Notes: generated by a model from the sequence alone, not told the origin. A stretch of DNA of 43,545 nt from Bigelowiella natans CCMP2755 (GCA_000320545.1 ADNK01000262.1:1-43545), one strand, 5' to 3'; positions 29,999 to 42,558 are shown, counted from the first letter of the stretch. Numbers and translations: made by a program.

Positions 29999-30056
29999 AG
30001 ACTCAAGGGAGGCAGCGATGCATTCCAGATGTAGACTCAAGGGAGGCAGCGATGCA
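29999..30056 (+). repeat. 24-bp perfect direct repeat, two copies, period 34
   Basis: agactcaagggaggcagcgatgca at 29999-30022 and 30033-30056. Confidence 0.9.
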
Positions 30057-31729
30057 GCTGCAACACCGTTTACCCAGCCCCAAGGGCGGCTAGATCAGCG
30101 TTTAACCAAAATGTTTCATTTGTCTTTGTCCTTCCCCCCCTCCCCCCCCGTGCTGCCGTGCCGTTGTAAACTAAATCGTAGTGACTTGGCGCAGGCGACT
30201 CTTCGGATTGCTCCTTCTCCCAAACTAGACGGAACGGTTCAAGCTTAGATGCCAAGGCGACGCTTTCATCTGCACAGCGAGCTCAGAATGCGGCGAAGGA
30301 CCTTCGCGCTGGCCGCTTCAAGGGTCTCAAACTGCCTCACAACCTTCTTCGTCGTCCAAACATTGACCAAACCGATTGCTACTTCTTTGCTATTAGGCCA
30401 GACAGAGGCCGCATCACACCACGGTATATCCCAGCAACTGTTGAATTACTATCTACGTAAAGATTTGGACAAAAGGAAGACAGCCAAAAGGAGGAGGAGG
30501 GCCTCTGCCAAACAACAAGGCGCACAATGTGGTGGAGAGGCAGCTGTTCCCGCCTCTAATGATTTCGCCTCTGATTCGCATCCAAATTCTTCCTTTGCTT
30601 CTATGTATCGACTGCCAGGTCTGGCCTTAGTCACTTTTGTAGTTAACATTTCCATCGATTCAAGTTTTGCAAATGTGTACCTTCTCGAATAAACATCTCT
30701 GGACACAAACATACACTCTCCAGTCACCCGACAAATCTTCTTCTTATATCAACCAACCCGAATCTCAGTCCTCCAGAGCATGGGAAACTCGAGGCATATG
30801 CCCAACTTTACGGCGTTGGAAGGGTATCGGCAAATTATGACGATGAAGCAGCCTGAATTGACAATAGGCTGAATTGACAACTCTGATGACGACCACCTAC
30901 CTCGTTGCGTGCTTACTCGTATCAGCGTCCCGAAAAGGAGAAGGAGCAAGATTTCTCGACCAGATACCTCGACAGTGGGCTTAGAAACCGACCAACCGTT
31001 GAACCAGGCATCAGAACACTATGATACTTCAGGGAATAATAATCAGGTGGATGCTTATCACCTCACAGATTCGTTTGAAACAGATACATGCCATCGCTTC
31101 CCCACTCTAACAGACCGTTGTTATTTGTTCTACTCCTGGCCTCTAACACAGATATCAGCAGAGGCGAGACTCCGAGATATCGATTACGCGTTAAGGCGCA
31201 TGGTTTGGCTTGATGCGTCGTAGTCGTCGCGTGCAGTTGTTCCATATGTTTGAACCCTTTCGAAAGTGTTGTCCATGATTTTGCTAAGCACCCCTGGCGA
31301 GTGCGATGATGGCTACTGCTACCATTTGCACAGATGCATGTTATTCGGCGGGATCGAGGCAGCGTCTACGCGGAAATCATCCAAATGCGAGAGGAGGTGC
31401 GTAGAGACAGCCTTCATTATTGAGAACCGTTCTGCTAACCACACTACCCGCTTTAGTAACTTACTTCCGTCCTTTCACTTAAACGTAGATGCTGAATGTA
31501 GCAACTGAGCTCAGGGAGATTCGGAGCCGGATCTCCCCGCTTGAGGTAGGCATTGTACGAGTCTCTTTCTCCCGTACATTGGAGAAACAGGTGTCGGCAT
31601 TTCGTCAGGACTGCATTTGTTTTATGACCAAACTCTCAGGCACGAAGAAGCGGCGAGGGTGTCTACAACTTACAATATCCCACTGGGTTGCACTATTTCA
31701 TCGCAGTTCATATATAAATAAATAAATAA

Positions 31730-31777
<48 letters not shown>

Positions 31778-32532
31778 GTGTTTGTGTGTATATTTTTATG
31801 ATGTACGTGCAGATCAGTGCCGTCGATGCCGTGTGATGGTGATTCTTCCCTAAATGCGGTTTTGTTTTGTTTAAAAGAATTCGGCTCAGGGCTGCCAATG
31901 GCGATGACACGCTTCTTCCATCCCATATCTCGAAGCCCCGGATGACATATTCCTCCCCCCGTTTGATTCAAAATGGCGTATTCGGGCCACAATCGGGTCG
32001 AAATGCCTCTTCGTTCATCACTCCTCCTCCTCCTCCTCCTCCTCCTGGTGAGAAAGGCATTCGTCTCCCCTCTGCTCCTCCTCCTCCTCCGTCTTCTACG
32101 TTTTATTCTTCTCCTTACACGTCGCAAATGGGTTCAGCAGCAACCTCTGCTTTACCGACGACGACGACGGCGCCGCCGCCACCGATAGCATCCCTGGCCA
32201 GAAAGCTGGAGGCAGTTGAGTGGGACCTTCCTAGCTACTCCGCCTCTGCAAGGAGAAACAGAGCGGATCATACTAGCAGCCTCAAACCCTTCCCGAATAG
32301 CTCGGTGGAAATGGTAGGAACAACGGTAGTGGCCGATACTACGGCAACTGCAGCAGGCTCTGGTATGAGCTTGAGAGAGTTCACAGACAGAATGTACCCG
32401 ATGTTGTCGTCGAGCCGGCAGTCGATACCAGGAAGAAGAACCATGCAGGAGGAGGAGGAGGAGGGGGAGAAAGAGACTGATGACAAGCGGAAACGTCAGG
32501 AGCAGCTCGATATGTCGGTCACGCCATAGCGA

Positions 32533-32582
<50 letters not shown>

Positions 32583-32593
32583 GCTAGTGTGTG

Positions 32594-32633
<40 letters not shown>

Positions 32634-33103
32634 CCGTCGTCCAGCATCGCGGACAGATGCGGGGAGACAGAGATATCATTCTACGCAGAGTTGCGTTGAT
32701 TCCAACACTCTTAATCCATCATGCGTCTATTAGGCCAAGGACAGATGAGCCAGAAGTCGTTGGGAAGATAGTAGAAGGAGACACAAGCGGGACGGGACGA
32801 CGTTGGAATAGAAGCAGGTTGTCGCAGTTGAATGGTTTTTGCTTCCCCGTCGCCCTTGGTCGGTGAGCATTCTAATTCCAGTCTCCTTTTCTCAGAGCCG
32901 AAAGCAGCGTTATCACTGGGCCAATCTATCTCAAAAGCCCTGACCTTGACTCTAAAAGGAATCTTTATTATGCCATCAGTGGGGTTGGAAGCATCCGTCG
33001 TCCTCATCAAACACACCTTCCATTTAAGTGCAATTCCTGCGGCGCGTCGTATCTGAGTATGCAGAAGCTTAAGGTGCATATGAAGCGCTTTCAGCACACA
33101 TAG
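30018..33103 (+). CDS. Putative DNA-binding protein: N-terminal pipsqueak-like HTH, Pro-rich linker, C-terminal C2H2 zinc finger; multi-exon
   Basis: Spliced RAQNAAKDLRAGRFKGQTEAASHHGISQQLLNYYLRK followed by KRKTAKRRRR (NLS-like), and a Pro-rich exon at 31813-32517. The last exon ends PFKCNSCGASYLSMQKLKVHMKRFQH*. The middle exons and the start are uncertain. Confidence 0.62.
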
Positions 33104-33556
33104 TAGTCGTGTAAAAAAAGCAAGGATTATCAATCATTATCACGCACATAACTAACAATAATATCATCGGCATTTCGACTTACGGCATGCAGGTTATGTG
33201 TTATTATATTGCATCGCCGCCATCTACATCATTGCTTTGTATTATTGTCTTGATACCATGCATATATGTGTTGGTCTACGCTGTGGTACCGTACGTCGTC
33301 CATGGCCAGGTGCATTTAGCTTACTATGTGTATGTAAATATGTACGTATACACACGAAACATATGTATAGCATATGCCTTCACATCCATGAAACATGTGG
33401 CAGTGGAGACAAATAGACATAACATCTGCGCTGTAGCCGTTGCATTGCACAGCTACAATAGGATGACCATGCATTGAAAAGACTTAATCAATTCTAGATT
33501 CATTACATTCGTCTCATATATGCATGCATGCATGCACGCTACTACACTACTACAAG

Positions 33557-33601
<45 letters not shown>

Positions 33602-34002
33602 ATGCATACATGATAGACATGCATAATATATATTGTGTATTGCTGTGTCTATTATATACTTAATACGAACATGTCTAGATGTGTACGTACATGCACGTAC
33701 GTACGCACGTACGCACACATATGCGTGCGTGTACTTTCATATTTATGCACATTGTTGTGTGCAAATTAGTTGCATGTAGAGCTATACATGCTGCGTCGTG
33801 CCATTACTAGATTATGTTGCATGCATTTTTTTCCCATATATGCAAGATTTTGTGCTTAATAATTAACAGAGAGCACCATACAACAGTAAGGCCATGAGCC
33901 AATGGTGGCTACGCATGCATGTAGCAGTACTTCAAACGGAGAGGTACGTTATTGCACAATGACTCCTTTGCTCAAATATATCGCTCTTATATGTATGCGT
34001 AA

Positions 34003-34041
<39 letters not shown>

Positions 34042-34180
34042 CGGAGGCTGCATTACATGTTTCGCATAAAAATGCATGAGCCAGCATTTGTTTTTTCTTA
34101 TCAATTTGTTTGCGTACTTGGACGTTTTGAAATATATAATGCAGCTAGAAATTAATCACTGCATGACACTGATTATTATT

Positions 34181-34756
34181 TCACTGAGGTGGCATGGCCA
34201 CCTTACTTTCGGGGACTGAATCAATGTAAACAGGTGCTACAAAGCCTTTCTGTGTGCGTAGGGAAGACTTCTTCGTCTCACCAATGGGGGTCATGATATC
34301 CACATTGGTCTTTGTGCTAATTATAGGATGCACCTTATTCGGGTCTGGGATGGGTTCTGGAGTGATGGCGATGTTGTTGTGTTCCGTAAGCTTTTCTCGG
34401 AAATTCATTTTGGGCATCTCGTCCCCCCCCTTTGAGTCAACGTAGACCGGTTTTGCATATCCTGGCATAACCTAAATATGATATTTAATGTAGGAACTCC
34501 TTTCAGAATAAAGTGGGATTGATACACACACTCGTACGCGCGCGCTCTTACTTCAGGATATACTTACATCGATGCTGCTGTGGACTGTGTATTGCACAGG
34601 AACCATCTTATCGGTTGAAGTTCCCTCTATCAAAGGATGAATTACACTGCTATCAGGTTCCATTATGGGAACTTCTGCTGCAGTAGACCATGCCATGATG
34701 ATCATCATAAAGCTTAGAACGCGGCGACGCAGCAGGCCCTGGATGGAGGCAGCCAT
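34181..34756 (-). CDS. Small putative secreted protein with a two-fold internal repeat, 2 exons
   Basis: Signal-like MAASIQGLLRRRVLSFMMIIMAWSTAA-EV. The intron GAT|gtaagt...tttag|GTT is in phase. The repeat HP[LI]I..D.M.P[VI]...SS....G[YF]..PVY[VI]DS occurs twice. Confidence 0.72.
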
Positions 34757-35359
34757 GATGTGCTTAGGATTCAAATTTTATTTCAAATTTTTTGAAATCG
34801 GAGGTAGGTCGTCATTATCCGGGATTCGACCTGGAATCCCATTTCCCCAACCTTTCATTGAAATAGAAGGGATTTCACAAATTTTCGAATAAAATTGAGA
34901 AAAAACGGCGACCTGCTTTCTGCGAAATACCAAAAGCAACCATGACAACTCGTTGGCTCATCTCAACCAACATCGTTTTAACCGTGGATTCTCGCCCTGC
35001 GACATCTACGGAGAGCGCGAGGATTAAAACTTTGACCGATGAGAATCTGGTTGTCGTTGTTTTCCCGATTTTGCATGTTTTCCTGGATTTGCGTTGGGGA
35101 TCATTAATGTCAACAAGGTGCGCTCTAGCGGGACGAGCATGGCGATAATCGACTAATTTCCGCCAAGCTCCGGCGTAAAAGACCTTGTCTTTCATCCCGC
35201 GTCCAGCAAGGAGTGGGTTGGTTTGGTACGATCCGCTTCTTTTTTGTCTGATCTATCACCTCTAACGAAGTCAGGTGGACTTTTTACGTTCAATGGAGCT
35301 GCCACAGATCTTTTCTACGTTCGCCGGTCTGGCAAAAATCGCTGGGTACAGGGGCATAA

Positions 35360-37018
35360 ATGATTTGGTTCCTAGTAGCTTGTGCCAGTGCCATCACAGG
35401 GACTCCATCTTCCTCCTTTTCCAACCAATTCCACGCCAGTTGGACGGGTGCCTCCTCCAGCTCGCTTACTTTAGTTTGGAATTCTGAAGCGAATCCGAAA
35501 AACCATTCTGCGATGATCCAGGCGGAGTTCTGCTCTGATGCACCAGTATCCCATGACTTAGATTCTACGGATGCTGCTGCAGCATGCAAAATTGTCGATG
35601 GACACCATCGTGAATCTGGGACTCTCAGGGGGTCTCTCTGGGAGGCTACGGCAGGACAGTTAGAGCCATCGACGAAATATACAATCAGGGTGATGGAGAG
35701 ACCTGGCGTATGGGGGAAGGAAACTTACCTGCTAAGCACTGCGCCGAGCACTGACTCGGTAGATCAGAGTTTCAAGTTTGTTTTCGTGGCGGATTTTGGA
35801 CTAGTAGGGAGGCTCGATGGACTGACAAATGGCACCGCACGCGTTCTCTCTCTTGTTGAGCGTTTGAATCCTCTCATGGTCCTCATTGCCGGTGATCTAG
35901 CGTACGGGGATACCGACGTTAGATTTAAAGAAGACGATGAATCGATCGATTATTTCTTTGAACAGATACAGCCGTTCGCTAGAAAGACAGTTCTAATGCC
36001 AACCTACGGAAACCATGAGAGACATCAGAGCATCAACCGCTGGAATGCACGCTTTGCTATACCCCCCGGGATGGTTGAGCCCGAATCCGGGATTTTTTTC
36101 TCTTTTTCTGTTGGCTCCGTCCGGTTCATCTCTATCGCCTCAGTGAAATGCCATGGCGGGCTCAGGAACAATGCGCTCAGGTGGGTGCGCAAGGAGCTCG
36201 AGGCTGCGAAGAATGACAAGAGCGTTAAATGGACCATTCCCTACTTTCATGTGTCGCCTTTCGCAAGTGGGAAAAGTCATCCCTCTAATATACGCCTACG
36301 TCGCCAACTCCTGGGCATGTTTCATCAGTACGGTGTGCGCGTGGTGCTGAACGCACATGATCAAAACTATGAGCGTACTCATCCCGTCTTGCCAGCAGAC
36401 ACCTCACTCTCAAACGACGATGGTGCTGCACAGATGTACTACAAGCTTCCGCGCAAAGACAACGCAATAACAGCTACCACTCAGCAGCGGCAACACCAGT
36501 GCTACGATAGCGATACGGAGGGCGTTATCTTTGTGAAAACGAGCCCGGGAGGGAAGCTGAGCGCTATCACCAAAACCTTCAGCTGGTTCGAGGCGGACAG
36601 TCCCCCCCCCACATACGCTGCCGTGCGTGACGACAAGCACCATCACGTCCTCAACGTGCAGGTTTCGGAGGACGGAAACTCCATGGATTTTGAGTGCCTC
36701 GGCATCTCTGACGACGCTGAGCACGCTATCGTCATCGATAAGTTCCACTACACTATCTCCAAAGGAGGAGGAGGAGGAGGAGGGGGGGGGGGGGGAGAGA
36801 CATGCGGCAGCAGGCTACACAGTGTTGCTGAGGCGGAGCAAGAGGACCGTCAGGGGAGCAATGAGAAGCCTCTGGTGAGGAAGGACGAGGAGATCACCGG
36901 GAGGGGGTCAAGTAGCTACTCCTCAAAGGTTGCAGAAAAAGTTGAAGCGTGGGGATCGCGACATGGCATATTATTGCAACCATTCGGTTTTTCAGTTGCC
37001 GGAGACCCGAGGATCTGA
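35360..37018 (+). CDS. Secreted purple acid phosphatase-like metallophosphoesterase, single exon
   Basis: Signal peptide, FN3-like N-domain (LEPSTKYTIRV), and motifs ADFG, GDLAY, GNHE, PYFH and AHDQNYER (variant of GHxH) in a 552-aa ORF. Confidence 0.88.
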   Translation: MIWFLVACASAITGTPSSSFSNQFHASWTGASSSSLTLVWNSEANPKNHSAMIQAEFCSDAPVSHDLDSTDAAAACKIVDGHHRESGTLRGSLWEATAGQLEPSTKYTIRVMERPGVWGKETYLLSTAPSTDSVDQSFKFVFVADFGLVGRLDGLTNGTARVLSLVERLNPLMVLIAGDLAYGDTDVRFKEDDESIDYFFEQIQPFARKTVLMPTYGNHERHQSINRWNARFAIPPGMVEPESGIFFSFSVGSVRFISIASVKCHGGLRNNALRWVRKELEAAKNDKSVKWTIPYFHVSPFASGKSHPSNIRLRRQLLGMFHQYGVRVVLNAHDQNYERTHPVLPADTSLSNDDGAAQMYYKLPRKDNAITATTQQRQHQCYDSDTEGVIFVKTSPGGKLSAITKTFSWFEADSPPPTYAAVRDDKHHHVLNVQVSEDGNSMDFECLGISDDAEHAIVIDKFHYTISKGGGGGGGGGGGETCGSRLHSVAEAEQEDRQGSNEKPLVRKDEEITGRGSSSYSSKVAEKVEAWGSRHGILLQPFGFSVAGDPRI

Positions 37019-38061
37019 TGCCTAGGAAGCATTTCTATCAAGCCGCTGAAGATGGTATGAAGATCTTCGCCGCTCTGTCATGCTTGTTTATTTTACATCT
37101 GCAACCTTTGACGAAGAGGAACAAGAATCATGGACGTCTCTTGTACACCCGTTCACCGCCAGTCTCTAAGATAAACACACAATTATTGTAATGTGTGTTG
37201 TTTATAATGATTACGTTGAGTATCAATCACAATCATGCCTCCATTCTATGTCATCACATGCATGATAATGGCAGATGTTGATTTTTGATGTACGCACGTA
37301 CCGCATTAATGTATTTTTTGCCGAATTTTTTATTTCGGTATTCGAATCGAACACGGTTTTGTTGTCCGGTCAGCAGTTCACTGCTGGAAATATATTTACG
37401 TATAATAATGCATAATTACTGCATGTAGGATGCCGAGGCATATGAATCCCGCATGGTGTAATTTAGCCCCTCTTATTCCTCGCATATGCTATGTGTGCGC
37501 ACGTCAGAAAGGACAGCGAAGCAGCGGTGAATGTAGCATCACGTGAGCATTCAGTGCTTGCACCATTATTTCGTGTGCGTACTACACGCTATGCCATGAA
37601 GCATACATCAAGATGTATTCATATGACTATGCGCATGTACATGAGTGTGCATGTTTTTAGGTCTTTGCGAGATGAAAGTCATCGTACTAACAACATTGCT
37701 AGTAGTCTAGCAGATTCATGATTCTTGCGTGCAGTGCTTTTCAACCATTGTTACACGTAATGTTATTATTGTTTAGGTTTGACAGAGACTGCGTTCATCG
37801 GTAAGTATGCAGTAGCAACAATAATAAAATCTTTATCTACACTACACCCGCAACAACAACATCTTGTTTGCTGGGTGCGTTGTTTTCGGTAAGTACGTTA
37901 TATTTGCTAACATGATGCGACTGGGCTATCGCTACGCTGATGCCACGAAATAACAATCATCGCCGTTATCATCATCATCATCACCATTATCCCCTCTTAC
38001 TGCTCCTCCATACTCACATAATTAATTCCATCATCATATCATCGTCATCACGCCGTGCAAG

Positions 38062-38497
38062 CTATTCCTTTTCATAGGCTTCGTCGTGTATTCCAGCAAC
38101 AGCTCTGCCGGATGGGTCGGCCATGTTTTTAAAGGCCTTGTCCCATTCGATGGCTGCTGGAGTGCTGCAAGCGATGGAAGGCCCACCTGGCACCTGTATC
38201 CATGGTTATTGTCGTCAATATCAGTAGTTGCATCAAAAACACGAACTGGGATAAAGCCCATCAGCCCACCCCCCCCTCCCCCAATCTGTGGCATAATTGA
38301 GACACGACAGTGTGACGACGTGAGAAGGGAGAACAATTACCGTCAGTTGTGCAGGATCTGGGAAGTAGGAATCAAAGATGCTGTTTTGGAGGAAAAAAGG
38401 GGAGAGGAGGCCATAGATTTATCATTATTCTTTTCCTATCTAGTCATCATTATCATTACCAGCACCATCGTCGTGTCCGTCATCATCGTGATCATTG

Positions 38498-38533
<36 letters not shown>

Positions 38534-38767
38534 ATTCCGCTGACGTTCATTTTGATGTCCATTTTTCTCCTCCTCACTATTACCTTCTGTAGAGATACGC
38601 CTCCTTCGTTTGAGGAGTGTTGTGTGGAAATCGGTGCTTGGCGTGTTGCATTTGCTTGTCGTTCACCATTTCCTCAGCATAGTCCTTCAACCCGTCGATC
38701 CACGAGTAGCCAACGCCATCGGAAAACTGCTCCTTTTGTCGGTAAAGAACCTAAACATTTATCGTCG

Positions 38768-38799
<32 letters not shown>

Positions 38800-39160
38800 T
38801 GACTGAGGAGCCATCATTTGAGGTTATAGCTGCACGTGTGCAAAACTATTTCAGATGAACATCGGCATTTGTGTATCATCCACTGCCATCATCAATTCGT
38901 CGTTGTCAATCCATCGATGGCTTATTCTCACCAAGCCCTTCTATCGATCTACAACAGCATCCCTTCCTCCTCCTCCTCCTCCTCCTCCTCCTACTACTAC
39001 TAGTAGTACTGCTAGTACCTCATTTGGCAGGTAAGGATCTTCCGGCGTGTCAAACGCAGCGCGCATGATCCACTTCTCGATGCGGCCACCCTTGACGTCA
39101 ATCATCCTACGAACAACGGTTATTGTGGGATGGATTCTTCAATGCACATGCAGCGATAAT

Positions 39161-39191
<31 letters not shown>

Positions 39192-39428
39192 CAGAATAGC
39201 GGGCTGTTTACTATTACTTCTCTTGTGGGTCGATGTTCATTGCCAATTCGAGGAAGTCTTTGTCCAAAAATGGCACCCGTGCCTCGATACCCCATGCCGA
39301 AGTTGATTTGTTTGCGCTATTATTGGGAGAGGGGGGGGGAAGGGGAGGGGAGAGTATCAAGGAGTTGACATCTACGGAATAGGATGAATGAATGACTATA
39401 TCAGGATCTACTATCGATCAACAACATT

Positions 39429-39459
<31 letters not shown>

Positions 39460-39601
39460 CGGTATGCTGCCAGTGGGTTGAGTGCGTGCGCGTGTGCGTG
39501 TGTGTGCGCCGAAAAACATCAAGGATTTTGATGCCGAACCGAAGGCAGTCGAAGAGATGAAGGGCGTCAAGCTTTCTCACACACTCGTGATGAAACTGTC
39601 A

Positions 39602-39632
<31 letters not shown>

Positions 39633-40705
39633 AAGAAGAAGAAGGACATTATAATACGCAGGAGCGGTAGAAGTTGTCGTACCAGTAGGAGAATTATAGA
39701 TAAGAGAGGGGAGAAGGAGAAGGGGGGGGGGGGGGGGGGAAAAAAAAACGGAAGAAGAGGATAGATATGGGTTTCCTACAAGTACTACTATTACCTCTTC
39801 CCTGGTAGGCGCTTTGTGGAAATACCAGTAACCGCCAAACACTTCATCAGCACCTCACCAGAGAGAACATCTGGAGAGGAAAATACCGTAAATATGGGAG
39901 AATTAGAATACTTATGATAAGAAGAAGACGAAGCTAGGGGCGACGCGGATTATGACCAATCCAGCGATGTACAGGATGAAAATCGAGATTATATACATAA
40001 CCAATATTGTAAATCCATTATTGTACGACTTTGAAACCTTCTGAGTGCAACCCCTATCACCGCCACCACTACCACTACCATCATTATCATCATTATCATC
40101 ATTATCATCATTATTGTCATTATCATTGTTTCGATCATCATCATCATCATCATCATCATCATTATCCCTACTGTCATCATCATCCCTGTACACAGTCATC
40201 ACCATCACTGACCTTGATTCCAATAGATTTGATTTTACGCGCCATAAGGAACCTTGGAGGAAGATGTCAGAGGGTTGGGGGCACCGATTATAGTCGTTAC
40301 AAGAGGACAATGAATGTTGGGATTTAGTGCTCTGTCAATATCTTCTCTCCACATTCTTCTTCGTTTTTATCGTCTTCTTATTCTCATTCCTCTTACATGG
40401 GCGTCGATGCTCGAATCGTCGTCACGTCGTACGTCTCAAGATGATAAATAACCTTGTGGGGAGAATAAATGATCTATTGGCCATGGAGAAACGGATGGAA
40501 GGATGATGATGATGATGATGATGATGACATCAACGAATATTGATGGTGGTGGTGGCAGATAGGATGTTTCTGCTTCCAAACTCCTCCCTAATATCAGGAG
40601 TCATTTAATCACCTCTTCAAGGGCGTCAATTCCTTGATTGACGGTGAACGTGTAGTTGTGGTGCTTTGTGCCAAGGAAGTCTGCAACTTTCCTGAGGAAG
40701 GATGG

Positions 40706-40737
<32 letters not shown>

Positions 40738-41397
40738 ATGATGAGCATCGACGATAAATTGAAACTCATATGAGCGAGTAGGAAGGACAGGGGGGAGGGG
40801 AGAGAAGGAAGCTGAAACGAAACAATAATGATGCTGGGCTAAATTATATCCAAAGGCTCGTTCTCCCTTCTCTCCCCTCTTTTTCTGTGATATATACTTT
40901 GCAGCAATGAGGTCTGGAGATCCTTCAAGGCCAATGGAGAATGAATGGACTTCGTTGAGTACCGAGGACATTTCTCCCCTGTCTGTCTTTCTCTTTGCGA
41001 TTGAAGCTACCAACGAGGAATCGAGGCCCCCGGAAAGAAGCACTCCCCAAGGGACGTCAGCCATCATTCTACGAGGGAAAGAACAGCAGCAGTAGCAGCA
41101 GGGAAGTAATGATGGCATATTCTATTGTCATGTATTTTCCAGAATCGGTATCGTCATCGTCGTCATCATCATCATCATCATCATTATCATATAGGAGTCA
41201 TCTGATTTTGCTCAGTAGCGGAAGTGGGATGATGACGGTGATGGTGAAGATGATGATATGTGCTACTCCTACTACTACTACTACCACTACTACTGCGACC
41301 ACTACTACTGTTATTACCTGCGCTGAACTGCCTGTTCAAAAGCTGCTCGCACAGAGGACAGATCGAGCTTCTCGGCTGGCACTCCTGAGGCGCGCAT

Positions 41398-41433
<36 letters not shown>

Positions 41434-41826
41434 AGGAATGCGTTTTCGTGGGTTGCTGCACCGTGGACCACTACTACTGCTACTGCTACTACCAATAGAT
41501 ATTAGGGAACACAACTTTCTTTGCCAATGCTAAAGATGGTGCGTGATGAGGATGCGTCTTTTTCCTACCACCACCGCTACTACTACTACTACTACCACTA
41601 CTACTACTATTACTACTACATGACAAAGCAATGCTGCTCACGTACTTCCATCCGCCCATTCCGGCTCGTACCACTTGTTTAGGTTTCCATTCTTGCTATC
41701 GTAGTAGTGGCCAGGGGGGAAGCTCTGCAGCAGTGCATGTAGTAGTAGTAGTAGTAGTAGTAGCAGCGGTAGCCATGATTGAGAAGTAGCAAGATGGTTG
41801 TTTGAAATATACACACACACATAGAA

Positions 41827-41870
<44 letters not shown>

Positions 41871-42520
41871 ACATCTTACCTTATACTCGCTGCACACATC
41901 GATGAGTCCTTTAAGCTCAGATGAGAACATCACGGATCCATCCGCACCTGGTTGGTGATTTAAGGATGATTTAATGACAAGATGAAGGATGATTTAAGGA
42001 TGATTTAATGACGAGATGAATGATGATATGAGCGATGTCAACGACTATTATTACACGATCTAAGGAGATTTAATTCTCCCGTAGATCATAGACGCTGCAA
42101 TCACATGCTATTGTTGTGGGTTAATTTGCCGCAACACAGAGTGCATTGCTACGTTACTATCACCATCATCATTATCATCATCATCGTCATCATCATTCTA
42201 CTATTATTGATCTATTCTTAATCATCTTCGTCATCTTCTTCTTCCTATGGGGCTCACTCCTCCTCTCTCCTCTCCTGCTGCGCTACTACTGATTTGCACA
42301 TCTGCAGCACCTACCAAATCCCATATACATGGGTGTGATTCCGATATGGTCCTGGAGAAGGAAAGAAGAAGAAGAAGAAGTAGAAGAAGAAGAAGAATGC
42401 AGTCACAAAACGATCAAAAACTGCCTTGTTTTTGAATGAATGGAAATTGGTTAGGCCCATCATCATCACGGTAAAACTATGGGATAATAATGTAGAAGAG
42501 GGTACACACGCATACACACA

Positions 42521-42558
<38 letters not shown>

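Noticed and set aside
29999-30056. CRISPR-like repeat-spacer
   Set aside because: There are only two copies, a 10-bp spacer, no cas genes, and a eukaryotic context.
31867-32529. 220-aa Pro-rich ORF as a separate formin/WASP-like gene
   Set aside because: It has no FH2 or WH2 domain and splices in phase to the zinc-finger exons, so it is treated as an internal exon.
32711-33133. 140-aa minus-strand ORF
   Set aside because: It is the antisense shadow of the plus-strand exons that encode the C2H2 finger.
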